The position numbers were made by a program, and so were the translations under genes. The notes under the pieces are model-generated. The model worked only from the letters and a program-made list of their open reading frames with translations, did not search any database and was not told where the DNA came from. From contig CM106586.1 of assembly GCA_048013815.1 (NCBI GenBank), positions 186,001 through 250,000 of the forward strand: a stretch of DNA of 64,000 nt. The letters are read 5' to 3'. Shown one piece after another: positions 62,020-64,000 of the stretch. Numbering within the stretch: the first letter of the stretch is position 1; each line of letters starts with the position of its first letter. Origin of the DNA: Setoptus koraiensis (taxonomy: Eukaryota; Animalia; Arthropoda).

Positions 62020-62477
62020 GCGACGACTACGTGCGACGGGAACCCTTCGGGTAGGGTTGATGAGCGCTTCGGATATCGGGCTGCGCCCTTTACCCTCCGC
62101 TCACATGACTGCAATCCAGACACAGATGTTTGGAATGGCAGAAGAATACGATAATGCATGGTGCTGCGCATACGTGGCACAGAATGAGTCCGCTGAACGC
62201 AACCGCACAGACCCGGCCACACCCTCGGATCAACTTGAACCTCTTTATCTATCGAACCGAAAGTCATAGGAATTTAATTTTGATGCTATTATGCTCCGCT
62301 AGGTGTCTCCTATCATATTCTGGAATTTGGGAGCTCTATCTCGATATTTTCGTATCTCCGGAACCGGAAGTTTCCTGGCATCCGGAATACTAAATTCATA
62401 GTATGGGTCCCCTACGGGGCTCTTGTGTGAAGTTTCATCGAAATCCGAGTGGGGACCTAATCGCTTCAACACCCCGA
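62020..62477 (-). mobile_element. Interspersed repeat copy B (right arm, inverted relative to A)
   Basis: Reverse complement of copy A, including the identical 40-mer at 62030-62069. Confidence 0.85.
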
Positions 62478-63277
62478 TTTTGTATTGGATTAGGTCCCCA
62501 AGCCTTTGCTCATGCGTAAGGTTGCGGGCAGGATATTTTTCGTGTGGGGTGCCTCCTGACTTTACTATTTGTGTATAAGGCCGCCCCTTATTTTTTCGGC
62601 TTTCCTCTTTGCCTCTTCACTATCGACAGGTTTCGCTACTACCTTGTCAAGCTTTTTAAACCAGGTTGCGAGTAAGGCGTAAGATGTCTCACCCTGGTTA
62701 GTTGCTCGCTTTAAATGACGTCGTGACCAGTTGCGGCGGCTGTTTTTGCGAAAGGGTTTGGTAGTGGAGGTGGTAGTGTTGGTAGTAGTGGGAGTGTTAG
62801 TATCCACTGTAAAGTTAGGATGGTGAGAGGGAGGCTAGGTTAGGGACGCAATTAGTAACTAATTCAGACTCTGCCGTGGTAGGGGTAATGTTTCGCTTGT
62901 TCAGTGGCAGTATGCGGACAACAGAGCCTGTAGAGCGACGACCGCGGACTCTCCTTGGCCTCGCTTGCTTCTACAGGGTGCTTCGTTATATTGTTGCTGA
63001 ACCAGGCTAGATCTTGTTGATCAGTTACCTTGCTACCCATAGTTCTGTATGTTTGTTAGCTTATTGGTACCTCGAGAGGTATTTAAAGGGGTATATAGAT
63101 AGAGGGGTATGCGTGCTGTGTGCAATGAGTGTGCTGTGCGTGTTGCGCGTTCTATATTTGCTGTGTTACTATGCGTACTGTGCGCGCTGTACGTGCGGTG
63201 CTTGTGTGCGGTGTTTGGGTGCAGAGTGTATGTGTGCGAAGTGTATGTGTGCTTACTCTTTGTGATTTAATTTTTGG

Positions 63278-63440
63278 GCAGAGCCTCCGGGCGCCTTTTT
63301 GATTTTATCATAAAAGTGGGCGTGGCTATGAATTGGTATTTGGACAGGGCCTCCGGCCGCCCTTTCGATTTTTGGGTTAAAATGGGCGTGACCGTGGGTA
63401 TATTGTTGACAAGGGCCTCCGGCCGACCTGTTGATTTTTA
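63278..63440. repeat. 66-bp diverged tandem repeat x~2.5 with GGGCGTG box
   Basis: GCCTCCGG at 63283, 63349 and 63415; AAAGTGGGCGTGGC and AAATGGGCGTGACC in the first two units. Confidence 0.85.
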
Positions 63441-63524
63441 GCGCTGAATTTTAATTAAGTAGCTATTCGTGTGGTGATGATGGATACGTTTATTCACGTG
63501 AGTAGAACAAATCAGTGCAATTTT

Positions 63525-64000
63525 CTATCTAGGGAAAATTAGCACAAGGAAGGCATCGGGATGTATCTAGTAGGTTTCATCGTTCTAAATTTACCTAGTT
63601 TGTTAGTACAGTGGAAGCTAGGAGGCGGAGTCATTGGAAAACAATTATACAGTGGAAGCTGAGATGCTTACCAGACAAAATTAGAAGCAAGAATGCTAGC
63701 TGTTTACAAATTGGAATTAGCACTAGGGAAGCTAGAAAGGCAAAAACTAGGTAGATTTAGTACAATAGAACGCTTAAATGTTGGTTTATTAAATTTAACA
63801 CAGGAACAGCTAGGAGGCAGAATCACTAGGAAACAATGATACAGAGAAGACTGAGATGCAAACTAGGTGTATCTAGCAAAGTAGAAGGCTAGCTGTTGAC
63901 AATAAGGATCTAGCGCACGGGAAGTTAGTAGTCATTAAACTAGGAAATCACAGTACAGTAGAAGCTACTCAAGTTGACAAGTGTCTCGCAGCACAAGTTA
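63525..64000. repeat. ~192-bp diverged tandem repeat running off the window end
   Basis: GCTAGGAGGC.GA.TCA.T.G.AAACAAT.ATACAG.G.A..CTGAGATGC at 63617 and 63809, with later colinear GCTAGCTGTT.ACAA blocks. Confidence 0.8.

Noticed and set aside
62902-62913. CAGTGGCAGTAT, matching part of the U4 snRNA 5' region
   Set aside because: Only 12 nt match; the flanks do not fit U4 and no Sm site follows.

Overview
This is eukaryotic, AT-rich, gene-dense animal DNA. It is most consistent with a compact chelicerate (acariform mite) genome; that is inferred from a chelicerate-type cuticle protein, CAA-rich low-complexity tracts, and mostly intronless housekeeping genes. Layout: a ~500-N gap cuts an SLC16/MCT transporter at the left edge. 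About 17 kb with no recognisable gene follows (microsatellites and one intact hAT-type MITE). From 18 to 57.5 kb is a compact gene block: a chimeric ZO-1/polychaetoid-like MAGUK carrying two OGT-derived TPRs and a triplicated N-terminal module, VPS37, DERA, OSER1, a cuticle protein, a TMEM134/230-like gene, GDP-fucose synthase, a 2-TM NIT-like protein, a 3-exon hedgehog, a truncated DNAJC7-like gene, MRPL1, an F-box/LRR gene, a NOPCHAP1-like ORF, PCID2, PARG, and a matrix metalloproteinase split by a ~490-aa insertion. The last ~5.3 kb is a nest of repeats with a decayed MULE transposase between long diverged inverted repeats. The most notable observations are the OGT-TPR/ZO-1 chimera, a Hedgehog ligand that has deleted its calcium-binding acidic loop, the split MMP, and a structured intergenic island resembling a very small RNase P/MRP RNA. 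All family calls come from recalled motifs; no searches were run.
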